This document shows positions 63,563 through 64,000 of a DNA stretch of 64,000 nucleotides, piece after piece. Both the position numbers and the translations under genes were made by a program. Under the pieces are notes generated by a model. The model was not told the DNA's origin and ran no database searches. It saw nothing but the letters and a program-made list of their open reading frames with translations. Each line of letters starts with the position of its first letter. Position 1 is the stretch's first letter. This DNA comes from Actinomycetota bacterium (GTDB lineage Bacteria > Actinomycetota > Acidimicrobiia > IMCC26256 > PALSA-555): the NCBI GenBank assembly GCA_016870595.1, contig VGBI01000002.1, positions 10,623 through 74,622 on the forward strand, given 5' to 3'.

Positions 63563-64000
63563 ATGTCCCCCCGCCGGGTCGCCATGCTCTCCCTGCACAC
63601 CTCGCCGCTGGCCCCCCTGGGCCAGGGCGACGGTGGGGGCATGAACGTCTACGTCCGGGCCCTCGGGCCCGCCCTGGCGGCCGCCGGCCACGAGTGCGAC
63701 CTGATCACCCGGGCTGAGCATCCCGGCACGCCTCGGGTGATCCGGATCGCCCCCGGGGTCCGGGTCGTCCACCTCGACGCCGGGCCCCGCCACCCGATCG
63801 CCAAGTCGGCGCTGGCCGCCCACCACGACGAGCTGGTCGACGCCGCGGCCCGCTGGCTCGAGGGGCCCGGCGCCGCCGGGGTCCTCCACGCCCACTACTA
63901 CGTCTCCGGGGCGGTGGCCCACGAGCTCAAGCACCGGCTCGGGATCCCCGTGGTCACCACGTTCCACACCCTCGCCCGGGCCAAGCAGGAAGTCGGCATC
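63563..64000 (+). CDS. mshA: D-inositol-3-phosphate glycosyltransferase MshA (mycothiol biosynthesis), 3'-truncated by the window edge
   Basis: The protein begins RVAMLSLHTSPLAPLGQGDGGGMNVYV. The ORF is open to the right edge and is not in the ORF track. Confidence 0.88.
   Translation, partial: MSPRRVAMLSLHTSPLAPLGQGDGGGMNVYVRALGPALAAAGHECDLITRAEHPGTPRVIRIAPGVRVVHLDAGPRHPIAKSALAAHHDELVDAAARWLEGPGAAGVLHAHYYVSGAVAHELKHRLGIPVVTTFHTLARAKQEVGI

Overview
Very GC-rich, almost fully coding chromosomal segment. I read it as Actinomycetota because of mshA, a BldC-like regulator, a CGNR protein and a tRNA Glu-Asp-Phe cluster. No rRNA, CRISPR array, transposase or integrase is visible. GTG starts and 4-nt GTGA/ATGA start-stop overlaps are pervasive.

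Gene order, left to right:
- 1-4.4 kb: 3' part of clpB, a VapC/Phd-type toxin-antitoxin pair, and a CMD-family plus amidohydrolase pair.
- 4.6-16.5 kb: a nearly complete de novo purine cluster (purA-purD-purB-purC-purS-purQ, purL, purF-purM), interrupted by two opposite-strand genes.
- 16.5-21.4 kb: BldC-like regulator with a long repeat-rich leader, tRNA-Glu/Asp/Phe, a desaturase/small protein/TerC/USP operon, a PhyH-like dioxygenase and tRNA-Lys.
- 21.5-29.6 kb (accessory-looking): two secreted hypotheticals, a RidA-CGNR operon, and the most unusual locus in the window. That locus holds a GT61-like transferase, a PP-loop ATPase with a Cys cluster, an HPr-kinase-like P-loop kinase, two unlisted tandem small ORFs (41 and 33 codons, paralogous, translationally coupled) and a 451-aa secreted protein. 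I flag it as a candidate uncharacterised peptide-modification system.
- 29.7-35.4 kb: a single overlap-linked operon, bioA-bioF-bioD, class-III aminotransferase, ald.
- 35.5-50 kb: thiolase-like/DUF35/hydratase lipid genes, an OSBS/NSAR-GNAT pair, coxMSL-type molybdoenzyme genes, HIT, SDRs and a TIM-barrel isomerase.
- 50-64 kb: two paralogous coiled-coil M23 peptidases, YibE/F, a metal module (ABC-3 permease and ATPase without a binding protein, a novel N-His membrane protein, CopC/CopD-DsbB-TlpA, Fur), a Lon-N-domain protein, a MoaD-like carrier, an RsiG-like protein, an XRE regulator and the 5' part of mshA.

Several short tandem-repeat arrays and perfect palindromes lie in intergenic regions. 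All functional calls come from reading the translations by eye; no database search was run.
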